Source: Octopus vulgaris
Taxonomy: Eukaryota
DNA length: 64,000 nt
Direction of reading: 5' to 3'
NCBI GenBank assembly: GCA_951406725.2
Contig: OX597835.1
Location: forward strand, 12,772,001-12,836,000
Shown here: piece after piece, positions 38,951-50,992 of the stretch
How positions within the stretch are numbered: position 1 is the first letter of the stretch
Layout of the letters: each line of letters opens with the position of its first letter
Made by a program: the position numbers and the translations under genes
Notes under the pieces: model-generated
What the model was told of the DNA's origin: nothing
Databases searched by the model: none
What the model saw: only the letters and a program-made list of their open reading frames with translations

Positions 38951-41552
38951 CAAACCTTTCGAAAATTTTCACCGAAAATTTTGCCCAAAAATTTTCGAAA
39001 AATTATTTGGTAAAATTATCGAAAAATTTTTTGGTAAAATTATCAGTGAAAATTTTCGAAAAATTTTTCGAAAACTTTTGCCGAAAATTTTCCCCAAAAA
39101 TTTTCCGAACATTTTCACTAAAAATTTTGCCAAAAAATTTTTCGAAAATTTTCACTAAAAATTTTACCAAAAAATTTTTCGAAAATTTTCCACAAAAATT
39201 TTTCGAAAATTTTACCATTAAATTTTTCGAAAATTTTCACCGAAAATTTTCTCCAAAAATTTTTCTAAAAATTTTCACCGAAAATTGTCCCCCAAAATTT
39301 TTCATCGATTTTGGCACTGCTGGCCTTCCATACTTTGTGATTTGGGCACCGCTGGTCTTCAATACTTTGTGATTTTGGCACTGCTGGCCTTCCTTACTTT
39401 GTGATTTTGGCACCGCTGGCCTTCCATACTTCGTGATTTGGGCACCGCTGGTCTTCCATACTTTGTGATTTTGGCACCGCTGGCCTTCCTTACTTCGTGA
39501 TTTTGGCGTCGCTGGCCTTCCATACTTTGTGATTTTGGCACCGCTGGCCTTCCATACTTTGTGATTTTGGCACCGCTGGCCTTCCATGCTTTGTGATTTT
39601 GGCACCGCTGGCCTTGTGATATTTCGAAAATTTTCCCCAAAAACTTTTCGAAAATTTTCACCGAAAATTTCCCCAAAAATTTTTCGAAAATTTTTGCTGA
39701 AACTTTTCACTAAAAATTTTTCGAAAATTTTCCACAAAAATTTTTCGAAAATTTTACCATTAAATTTTTCGAAAATTTTCACCGAAAATTTTCTCCAAAA
39801 ATTTTTCTAAAAATTTTCACCGAAAATTGTCCCCCAAAATTTTTCATCGATTTTGGCACCGCTGGCCTTCCATACTTTGTGATTTGGGCACCGCTGGTCT
39901 TCAATACTTTGTGATTTTGGCACTGCTGGCCTTCCTTACTTTGTGATTTTGGCACCGCTGGCCTTCCATACTTAGTGATTTTGGCACCGCTGGTCTTCCA
40001 TACTTTGTGATTTTGGCACCGCTGGCCTTCCTTACTTCGTGATTTTGGCGTCGCTGGCCTTCCATACTTTGTGATTTTGGCACCGCTGGCCTTCCATACT
40101 TTGTGATTTTGAAACCGCTGGCCTTCCATGCTTTGTGATTTTGGCACTGCTGGCCTTGTGATATTTTTCGAAAATTTTCCCCAGAAACTTTTCGAAAATT
40201 TTCACCGAAAATTTCCCCAAAAATTTTTCGAAAATTTTTGCTGAAAATTTTCCCAAAAAATTTTTCGAAAATTTTCACCTAAAACATTCCCCAAAAATTT
40301 TTCGAAAATTTTCTCAAAATATTTTTCGAAAATTTTCACAGAAAATTTTCTCCAAAAATTTTTCTAAAAATTTTCCCCGAAAATTTTCCCCAAAAATTTT
40401 TCATCGATTTTGGCACTGCTGGCCTTCCATACTTTGTGATTTTGGCACTGCTGGCCTTCCATACTTTGTGATTTTGGCACCGCTGGCCTTCTATGCTTTG
40501 TGATTTGGGCACCGCTGGTCTTCCATACTTTGTGATTTGGGCACCGCTGGTCTTCCATGCTTTGTGATTTGGGCACCGCTGGTCTTCCATACTTTGTGAT
40601 TTTGGCACCGCTGGCCTTCCATGCTTTGTGATTTTGGCACCGCTGGCCTTCCATGCATTGTGATTTTGGCACCGCTGGCCTTCCATGCTTTGTGATTTTG
40701 GCACCGCTGGCCTTGTGATATTTCGAAAATTTTCCCCAAAAGTTTTTCGAAAGTTTTCCCCAAAAATTTTTCGAAAATTTTCACCTAAAATTTTCTCGAA
40801 AAATTTTTCGAAAATTTTACCCAAAAATTTTACTCAGAAATTTTTCGAAAATTTTCACCTAAAATTTTCTCGAAAAATTTTTCGAAAATTTTACCCAAAA
40901 ATTTTACTCAAAAATTTTTCGAAAATTTTTCACCTAAAATTTTCTCGAAAAATTTTTCGAAAATTTTACCCAAAAATTTTACTCAAAAATTTTTCGAAAA
41001 TTTTCACCTAAAATTTTCTCGAAAAATTTTTCGAAAATTTTACACAAAAATTTACTCAAAAATTTTTCGAAAATTTTCACCTAAAATTTTCTCGAAAAAT
41101 TTTTCGAAAATTTTACCCAAAAATTTTACTCAAAAATTTTTCGAAAATTTTCACCTAAAATTTTCTCGAAAAATTTTTCGAAAATTTTACCCAAAAATTT
41201 TACTCAAAAATTTTACCCAAAAATTTTACTCAAAAATTTTTCGAAAATTTTCACCTAAAATTTTCTCGAAAAATTTTTCGAAAATTTTACCCAAAAATTT
41301 TACTCAAAAATTTTTCGAAAATTTTCACCTAAAATTTTCTCGAAAAACTTTTCGAAAATTTTACACAAAAATTTTACTCAAAAATTTTTCGAAAATTTTC
41401 ACCTAAAATTTTCTCGAATAATTTTTCGAAAATTTTACCCAAAAATATCAACCTGAGCGAACGCAGCACTGTTCGATTTTTATTTTTATTTTTATGCCGC
41501 TTGAAAGTGACACCACTGTATTTCTATCATCCAAGTTTTTCTGAATCTTAGT
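38951..41552. repeat. Higher-order satellite: 32-bp tandem blocks alternating with A4-5T4-5/TTCGAA palindromic units
   Basis: 32-mer GATTTTGGCACCGCTGGCCTTCCATACTTTGT in blocks starting 39307, 39849 and 40406; ~74-bp A/T-tract units from about 40770 to 41445. Confidence 0.95.
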
Positions 41553-41563
41553 TATTCATTTAT

Positions 41564-41607
<44 letters not shown>

Positions 41608-41628
41608 ATACATATAAAGGGTGAAATA

Positions 41629-42130
41629 TCTATATATATAAAACTCTAGTTGTGTGAGTGTCTGTTCCCTTCGATTTAGATTCCTAACTCCGCCCACATT
41701 TTGCGGTGCAGTTTAACCAAATTCGGGTATCTTATAGTCGTGATTCATATCGAGCCCGTCTGAGTATTAGCGCGTGTCAACGATGAGTCTACGATTTTAA
41801 AAATAATTTAACATCATTTTTTATTCCATTTTAATGCATAAAATGCATCGTGTGTCGATGGCGGCGGAGTTGGCGTCCACGCTCACAGCTGCACCTGTTT
41901 GCTTCTCCCCCTTCCCTCCCTCGTGAAGCTGTGGGGAAGGGAGTGTAAAGAAATCAACGTCGTAATGCGTTGTGAAGGAGACCAGCGTTCTTTTAGAACA
42001 ACGACTTCATGGCTCGAAGACACCAAAACAAAAATGGCTAAGAAAGCCCGAATTGGCATCTATAAGGGAAGTAACTCTCTAAAAATGCTTATATAGTTAT
42101 TTCCCTTACAAACCCGAGCGATACTGCTAG
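41629..42130 (+). mobile_element. Non-autonomous Helitron
   Basis: Starts A|TCTATATATATAAAA, ends CTAG|T: TC...CTAG termini, insertion in an AT dinucleotide, no TSD. Confidence 0.8.
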
Positions 42131-42527
42131 TAATTAATATAATTACAAAGACTTATTTTTGTAGTAATAGTAATAGTAACCTATTTGGCTGCTATTTCTA
42201 ATATTTTCGGTATGTGGTTTAAGCAACTTGTTGCAGATAACCCTTTATTATAATATGGATGCCCTTCCTAACGCCATATATAGATGGATAGATATAAACT
42301 AAGAGAGAAGATGGATATGAGATTAATAAAAGTTTATTAACACATTGACAAGACCAAACCTACAATTGTTTCAATTCCTCACTTGCAGCGTAAAAATCAA
42401 CCAAATTTAATTTAATGTAACTAAATCAATTTAGTTAATTACTACAAGTGAGAATAGCTTCAGAGAAGGGTGTACAAAGAAATATGTGTGCTTTAATGTA
42501 TATATATACATATATACATATATATAT

Positions 42528-42677
42528 ATCATCATCATCATCATCATCGTTTAATGTCCGTTTTTCAGTGCTAGCACGGGTTGGATGGTTTCCACTGGGG
42601 TCTGGGAAGCCAGGCGGCTGCAGCAGGCTCCAGTCTGATCTGGCAGTGTTTCTACAGCTGGATGCCCTTCCTAACGC
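42528..42677 (-). mobile_element. SINE-like family B 3' part
   Basis: (CAT)n plus core. Confidence 0.8.
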
Positions 42678-42724
42678 CATATATATATATATGTGTGTGT
42701 GTGTATATATATATATATTCAGTG

Positions 42725-42906
42725 AAGAGATGGCTGTAATATATCCAGGCAGGTACTGTTCAAGTACTGTCGTATAATCCAAGTTATGGCTAACCCCATT
42801 GAGTGGTAAGGAACACTTAGGATTACTTGAGTTAAGCAATCCCAAATGTATCTTATCCAATGGGTAAATCCTGGGTTCGCTTCGCTGGATTATAAATAAT
42901 TTATCG
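42725..42906 (-). repeat. Dispersed hairpin-forming repeat, copy 2
   Basis: Reverse complement of 37432-37611. Confidence 0.85.
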
Positions 42907-42935
42907 AATGTATATCCAAGACATTTGCAGTGAAT

Positions 42936-43234
42936 ACGGATATTATTATATCTGCTCGTTTTTCATTTCTACTGTCAGTTATACAACATGTTTGAGTTAA
43001 ATGTGTCCGACGCACGTTTCTGCTGCATAGATATCTCCCAGTTGCATTTCCATCCAGTAATGTGGCTGGACCTTGAAGGAAGTTACATGGGCTAATAATC
43101 AGATTAATGTAACTGTGTGCAAATGCTGTTGTGAAATGTCTATGCATCAGAAATGTGTGTTGGACACATTTAAATCGAATATGCTGTGCAATTGACTGTA
43201 GAAGTAAAAAATATGCAGATATGTTAATATTTGT
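42936..43234 (+). ncRNA. Candidate long hairpin RNA (128-bp ungapped imperfect stem)
   Basis: 42936-43063 pairs with 43107-43234: 95 Watson-Crick, 18 G:U, 15 mismatches (hand count). The inverted repeat is certain; RNA function is not. Confidence 0.45.
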
Positions 43235-43890
43235 CATCATAATCATCATCATCGTTTAACGTCCGTTCTCCATGCTAGCATGGGTTGGATGGTTCGACTG
43301 GGGTCTGGGAAGTCAGGAGGCTGCACCAGGATCCAGTCTGATCTGGCAGTGTTTCTACAGCTGGATGCCCTTCCTAACACCAACCACTCCGTGAGTGTAG
43401 TGGGTGCTTTTTATATGCCAGGTGAGGCTGGCAATGGTCACGATCGGTTGGTGCTTTTTATGTGCCACCGGCACGGAGGTATCGCAACTACAATTTCCAT
43501 TGATTTTTGAGCGATTTCTATTTGTATTCATTGTAATTGTTTTTATGTGTGTGTGTTTGTCTGTCTGTCTGTCTGTGCACGTATCATCATCGTTATCATC
43601 ATCATCATTTAACATCCGCTTTCCATGCTGGCATGGGTCGGATGGTTCGAATGAGAACTGATGAACAAGAAGGCTGCACCAGGCTCAATCTAACCTGGCA
43701 AAGTTTCTACAGCTGGATGTCCTTCCTAACGTCAACTGCTCTGAGAGTGTAGTGGGTGCTTTTTATGTGCCAACAGCATGGGGGCCAGTCAGGCGGTTCT
43801 GGCAACGACCACGCTAAAAAGGTGGTTTTTACGTGCTACCTGCATGTGATCCAGTCCGGTGGCACTGGCAATGACCATGCTTGAATGGTG

Positions 43891-43893
<3 letters not shown>
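43235..43893 (-). mobile_element. Two SINE-like family B copies (43235-43510, 43584-43893)
   Basis: (CAT)n tails plus cores. Confidence 0.82.
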
Positions 43894-43949
<56 letters not shown>

Positions 43950-44159
43950 TATATTATATATATATAAGAATATATGTAAAAGAATATAAGGATAAAAATC
44001 ACGTTAATGATTTTTGTCAGTGAGTCAGTAAGCTATAAAAATTTATAGGCAAATACATGTGTATATTTAGCTGGAGTATTTGGTTGTTTTTTGAAGGAAT
44101 CGCCACTTCAAGCATTCTGGAGACAGGTCGTTTTCACCCTTGCCCCCTTGATATAAAGC

Positions 44160-44875
44160 ACCACCAGCACCAACACCAATCAGCACCACTATGACCACCA
44201 TCTCCACCATCACCACTACTACTACCATCAGCGCCACTGGCACCACTACCACAACTACTACTATCACCACTCGACCAACACTACCACCACTGCCACAACA
44301 ACCACCACAATCGCAAAGTGTTACCAGCACACTACCACCACCACCACCACCACCACCACCACCACAACTACCATCACCACACCCCTACCATCATTAGTAC
44401 TGCCATGACACACACACGCACACATATACACTAAATCCAGCATCACAACTACAACCACCATCACTACTACTACTACTACTACTACCACCACTACCATCAC
44501 CATTACAACAATTGCCTCTACCACCACCATCACCACCACCATTGTCATAACCATTGTCACACATAGTGCCACTAAAACACTACAACTACACCAACACTGC
44601 CACCACCACTACCACTACAACAACCACCACAACAAATCAGCATCACAACGGTATCATCATTATCACCACCACCACCACCACCACCACCACCACCACCACC
44701 ATCACAATCACCACCATCATCACAACCACGAAAACCAACAGCTACTACATCACTATCATCCCTATAAAAAAAAAAGCCATCACCACCACCAACACCATCA
44801 ACTACAACCACCACCACCACCACCACAATAACTATCACTATCCCACCATCTCCACAAACTACCATCACCCCCCCC
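44160..44875. repeat. (ACC)/(ACT)n low-complexity block
   Basis: Visible. Confidence 0.9.
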
Positions 44876-45249
44876 ACCTGTTAGTAGTCAAAGGGTACCA
44901 TTAAAACTATTCCCTGGAAAATATTAATAGCAATATATCAAAGTAAAGACTAACACCACTCTAGTTTTGTGTATATTCTGTGAAATATTACAGATTGCAA
45001 AACTTCTACCAATAATGGACACATTTTGTGTTGGGGAGGTGGAGGTTCATTTTTTCAGAGTTAATGTTACGCATTTAATACAGTTTGTAGCTTTATTTTA
45101 TCTCTCTTACTCTCTTTTTTCTTTTTTTTTTAAATTTTACAATTATATTTTCAATGTTTTTTTAAATTTTTGTTTCATTTGGTTCTGTTTTTATAATATC
45201 AAGCTCTGGATATACTTATATACATAGACACACATCTATATCTCCTATC

Positions 45250-45271
45250 CACCTATCTATCTATCTATCTG

Positions 45272-45356
<85 letters not shown>

Positions 45357-45357
45357 A

Positions 45358-45390
<33 letters not shown>

Positions 45391-45391
45391 G

Positions 45392-45426
<35 letters not shown>

Positions 45427-45541
45427 ATCTATCCATCTGTCTATGTGTGTGTATCTCTGTTTATGTATATACTTCCCTATGTGTGGCTGTATATCTATAA
45501 ACATACATGATATATATATAAGCTGAATGCATATATGTATA

Positions 45542-45592
<51 letters not shown>

Positions 45593-45639
45593 CTATGTAT
45601 GTATGCAGATATGCATATATATAAAAACATATCTGTGTA

Positions 45640-45674
<35 letters not shown>

Positions 45675-45884
45675 ATGTGTGTGTGTGTGTGTGTGCACAT
45701 ACATATATTTATATGCATATATATAGTGACATGCATGTATATCTATAAAGATATATATATATATATATATATGTATTTTTATATGTATATATATATATGT
45801 GCGTGTATATATGTGTTATATATATATATATATAGATATAGATGTAGATATAGATACATATTTACATACATATATATATCTATG

Positions 45885-45917
<33 letters not shown>

Positions 45918-45970
45918 GTATATACATATATATATAATCTATATACATATTTATATATATATATATATGC

Positions 45971-46030
<60 letters not shown>

Positions 46031-46652
46031 ATGTGTATATATATACATATATGTGTGTGTGTGTATGTGTTTGTGTGTGTATATATATATATATATTTGT
46101 GTGTGTGGGTGTGTCTATATCCACATAATTACATATGTGTATATTAACAGTGTTTAATTTGATGCAACAAAAATATTTAATTGAAAAATAGAAATAAATG
46201 ATAATCTAGAAACTGCTAATTACTTTTTTCTCTCTACGAGTCTTTAACGACGGAAAAAATATTCAGACTTGCTTTTTGTTGGGTTTTTACTTTATACATG
46301 TCTGCTTTTGTTTTGTTTTAGTATTTTCAATATTTTATTGTTTTTTTGCTTTTTAGAAATTGCATTATGGGAAAATAGCAATACCCTTACTACTTCATAT
46401 GCATGTGTGTGTGAGTGTGTGTGCGTGCGCATGTGTGTGTGCATGTGTGTGAGCATATATCTTTATCTATATCTATGTGTGCATGTGTGTATATATATAT
46501 ATATATATATATTTAGACACTTATTAAAGCATAGAATATAGACAAGCAGACATACATTCGCACACAATTATATACATGTAGAAAAAGAATTATACATGTC
46601 TGGATAATATATATATATATATATATATATATTGCGTTCATGTTCCATTTTG

Positions 46653-46702
<50 letters not shown>

Positions 46703-46918
46703 ATGTGTGTATGTATATGCATGCATACAAGTGTATATGTGTATGTATATATATTCTTATATACATGTGTATAATAAATCTCTTGGTTGTTGATGACTTA
46801 TATATATGTATATATATGTGTGTGTATATATATATACACACATGCAGACACACACACATATATATGTATATATATTTATATGTCTATATGCATATATACA
46901 TACTTAGGTATATATACA

Positions 46919-46960
<42 letters not shown>

Positions 46961-47044
46961 GCATAAGCCTATATATGTGTTTATATGTTATATATATACA
47001 TATATATGTATATATTATATATATATATGTATATATATATACAC

Positions 47045-47075
<31 letters not shown>

Positions 47076-47200
47076 GTTTACATACATACATGTATATATA
47101 TATATATGCATACATAAACACACACATACCTATATATACATATATAGGTACACACACACACACACATATATATGTATGTGTGTGTGTGTGTGTATCTTTA
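45250..47200. repeat. (TCTA)n and (TA)/(TG)n microsatellite field
   Basis: Visible, with short unique islands. Confidence 0.92.
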
Positions 47201-47356
47201 CACCCACATATATACTCTCAGTGAGACACAGATCTTATTAAAAATATATGAAACCAGTTAATTTGATTTCATCATTTAGAAACAAGTTCGATGTATATAC
47301 ACTAATGGTGTTTTGTGACCAGTGAGACCAAGAATACTAAACATTGCAACACAGAG

Positions 47357-47421
47357 TAGTGATTTATTGTGATGTACAGTGATTTATAATGATTCACAGT
47401 GATTTACTGCGATTTACAGTC
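47357..47421. repeat. 10-bp minisatellite (GTGATTTACA-like, about 6 copies)
   Basis: AGTGATTTATTGTGATGTACAGTGATTTATAATGATTCACAGTGATTTACTGCGATTTACAGT. Confidence 0.8.
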
Positions 47422-47457
47422 AGGAAATGGCACAATATAGATGAAGCATTATTACAC

Positions 47458-47980
47458 AGATCAGTCTAAGGCATTCGATAGGGTTGACCATTGGGATCTG
47501 GTGGCAGGCCTCCCAGGGGGTCAGACTGGGCCCGACTTTCCATGGCTGGATCCATGCTGTGTATAGCAACATCAGATTAGTTGTCCAGGTGAATGGTTTC
47601 TTCTCGAAGCCATTCGTGATTGAGCGTTCAGTTCACCAGGGTTGCTCCCTGTCCCTGCTTCTGTATGTCCCTGCTCCACTGCTGCAGAGGCTGGAGGCTG
47701 CAGGAGGGGCAACCTGCGTGATCTATGTTATGGTAGAGGAGCGATGGTGTACTGATGAAGGGCAGCTACCTTGTATAGAAGATGCCATCAAAAGATACAA
47801 AAGTGATGGTAGGGGCAAAAGTTAACCAGGGTAAATCAGTCAGCTTGCAACTCAGCACCTGGAGAGGCAAGTCAATACCTCCTAATAGTATCGTAGGACA
47901 TTGGACGGAGGGCCTAGTTAAACTGCTTGGAGTCTGGATCGGACCAGATCTCCAGATGGAGAAAAACTGGAGCAATAAAT
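47458..47980 (+). mobile_element. Tx1/L1-clade reverse transcriptase pseudogene fragment
   Basis: DQSKAFDRVDH...GWIHAVYSNIRLVVQVNGFFSKPFVIERSVHQGCSLSLLLYV...GAKVNQGKS...VKLLGVWIG.D.QMEKNW, with frameshifts. Confidence 0.85.
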
Positions 47981-49079
47981 AAAGTAATTAGTTGAGAGTA
48001 AGGCATCGGTAGTATAGTTACCATGTTGGGAAAAATAGCTTGATGGTTCTTTTCTGGTTCTCTGTATTCTGACAGGGATACATGCAACAGCATTGTTACC
48101 AAACTTTATTGGCACCACCTGTAACATTACTGGTACTAAAGTGTATTGACTCTTGCCTTTCTTTGAATATTGCCATACCAGTGCCATACCAAAACGTACC
48201 TCAACATAGCTCAATCAGTGGAATGTTCTATGCCATGTAGAAAAACACCTGTATTCGCTTTTGGAAGATTGTTCTTCTTCTGATAGAATAAGATATGGTT
48301 TTAACATTCACAGAGCCATCGTATTCCTTGAAAAGATGATCGTCCAAAACGTTGGAGGTTTCTTCTTCCTAGAAGAAAGCATATTTCACTTCCTACCAAT
48401 GCTGACATAAACTACCGTTAGCGCTTTTGTGAATTCTATAATTTTACATCACCACAGCACAGCCATACAGCACCAAATTAACCATTTCACCATACGACAC
48501 TGACTACACCAACAGAACCATCTTGTCCCATCTTGCCATATCACACAACATCATCCCACTCCAATCTTCATAGGAGATTTTCTAACACTATCATTAACCG
48601 TCTCAATGGTACCTCTGAACTTTCAAAATAAATTTACTCCAAATGAAATTCTTCAAATATTTCTAAATTCCAGTAAACTTTATCAGATTTGATGGAGTGG
48701 TCATGGACAGAAAGAAAAAGAGATGCTAAAGTATTAGAGTGTTATCATGATAGATTATTCTTTCAATATAAGAGATATCTTAGAATTTTCTGCTGCTATG
48801 TTCCTTACAGAATAATCTAAATCAATGCTGACAGTTTGTATCTAATTCTTAATCAGAGCTAACCAAAACTCTGTCTCAGAATTCTGTGTTTGCGAAACTA
48901 ACTGCTTATCTCAGTTAATACATTTAATCTGTTAAAATATCCAAGGAGAAAGCTGACCTCTGTGTCACCTTTCATGGCTCTGGTGTCGTATCTCTGGTTT
49001 CCAACCTCAACACAAGTCTCTTCAATAACCGTATTTGATAACCAAGTTTAGAGTCTTCTGAAAGTTAGCTGACCAGTTA

Positions 49080-49240
49080 AGTAGGAATGGCTGTGCGGTT
49101 AAAGAGATCTCTTTTTGATCTCATGGCTCTGGGTTCAGTCCCATTTCATGGCACCTTAGGCAAGTGTCTTCTTTTCTAGCCCTGGGCTGACCAGTGCTTT
49201 GTGAGTGGATTTGGCTGATGGAAACTGTGGAGGCCTGTTA
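49080..49240 (+). mobile_element. SINE family A 5' half (diverged)
   Basis: GGGTTCAGTCCC...GGCACCTTAGGCAAGTGTCTTC. Confidence 0.75.
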
Positions 49241-49285
49241 CATATACATACATACATACATATACATATACATATATATACATAC

Positions 49286-49328
<43 letters not shown>

Positions 49329-49622
49329 GAGGTGCAATGGCCCAAACAACCCATTTGGCACAAACAACCCAAAGCTGTATGGTCTGGTGATCCCATTGTC
49401 TGCTAGAAGATGGTAGGGGTTTTTGATTGCAATATACATTGGGTGCAGATTACATTGATAACCAGCTGGCGGAGGCTCCTCCTGGGGGTTAAAAAGGGTA
49501 GTAGTGTTGATTCTGTGGAACAGGTTTTTTGCTATAAAAGAGATACATGCTTACACCAATCAGTGAGAAAGAAAGAGAGCAAAAGAAAGAGAGAGAAAGA
49601 GAGAGAACACAGAGAGAGAGAG

Positions 49623-49659
<37 letters not shown>

Positions 49660-50207
49660 TGAGTGAGAATGTGAGACAGCAAGTGTAAGAGAGAGCAAAG
49701 GAGAGAAGGTGCTAGAGAGAAGGTGATGGTGTGTCACAGCATACTCTCAAAGTGTAGGGATGAGACTACAAATGGGATGGTAGAGCATTGTCAAGGGTGC
49801 ATGAACAGGGAGTTTATATGAATGCAAAGAAAGGGGGAATGAGGGAGAATGCAGTTATAGAAGCAGGGGACAACAGGATAGCAGTGTTATAATTGGGAGG
49901 GGAAGAGCTGGATTGGGCCACAGCAGTGGGGATGGGGAGGGAAAGATAAGCATAATGCATAGAAAAGAGGAAGTGTGAAGAAGAGAGGAAAGGGAGAGGA
50001 GGAGGAGAGGAAGAGAAGAGGGGAAGAGAAGAAGAGGAGAGGAAGAAAAGATGAGAGGAGAAGATGCAGTTTGGTTTAATGTTTACAAACTGATCTGGCA
50101 AAGTTTCTACAGCTGGATGCCCTTCCTAATGCCAACCACTCCGAGAGTGTAGTAGATGCTTTTACTGGCATTAGCCACACCCAAATGCTGCTATTTATGT
50201 AATACCT

Positions 50208-50440
50208 ATTTTTTTATTACCCACAAGGGGCTAAACACAGAGGGGACAAACAAGGACAGACATAGGTATTAAGTCGATTACATCGACCCCAGTGCGTAAC
50301 TGGTACTTAATTTATCGACCCTGAAAGGATGAAAGGCAAAGTTGACCCCGGCGGAATTTGAACTCACAACGTAACGCAGACAAAATACCGCTAAGCATTT
50401 CGCCCGGCGTGCTAACGTTTCTGCCGGCTCGCCGCCTTTA
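50208..50440 (-). mobile_element. SINE family C, full length, 16-bp TSD, nested in a family B copy (50092-50563)
   Basis: TSD TATTTA(T/C)GTAATACCT at 50192-50207 and 50443-50458. Confidence 0.88.
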
Positions 50441-50736
50441 CGTATTTACGTAATACCTGCACAGGAGCCAGTCCGGTGGCACTGGCAACGACCACGCTCA
50501 AATGGTGCTTTTTACATGCCACAGGCACAGGAGCCAGTCAGTGACCCTAACCCTGGCAACAATCACACACACACACACACACACACACATTTAGTTTTAC
50601 ACAACACCAGCTCTTTTGCTCAGTCTGTTGTCTAGCAGATATTATTTCCAGAAATTCATTGAAATTAAGTTTCAAAAGTTTTAAAATTTTCACTTTAACA
50701 AAGCAGGTATTTTAATATACTATACCAACACTAACT

Positions 50737-50918
50737 ACACACACACACACATCCATATGTGCATATATACACACCCACACATCCATATGTACATATATAC
50801 GCACACATACATACATATATACATATATATACATACACACACATACATACATACATACATACATACATACACACACATACATACATACATACAAACATAC
50901 ATACATACACACACAGAC

Positions 50919-50951
<33 letters not shown>

Positions 50952-50961
50952 CATACATACA

Positions 50962-50991
<30 letters not shown>
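50737..50991. repeat. (CATA)n/(CA)n microsatellite
   Basis: Visible. Confidence 0.93.

Positions 50992-50992
<1 letters not shown>

Noticed and set aside
39307-40717. CRISPR-like array of 32-bp repeats
   Set aside because: Repeats are directly adjacent with no unique spacers, there are no cas genes, and the context is eukaryotic; it is a minisatellite.
39237-40824. ORFs encoding repeated [32 protein letters not shown] peptides
   Set aside because: Artefact of a stop-free 32-bp repeat cycling through three frames.
40790-41420. Heat-shock-element-like TTCTCGAA repeats
   Set aside because: Only two nGAAn units in register; a by-product of the satellite unit.
50543-50555. Telomere-like CCCTAACCCT
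   Set aside because: Under two units; a slippage variant within a SINE.
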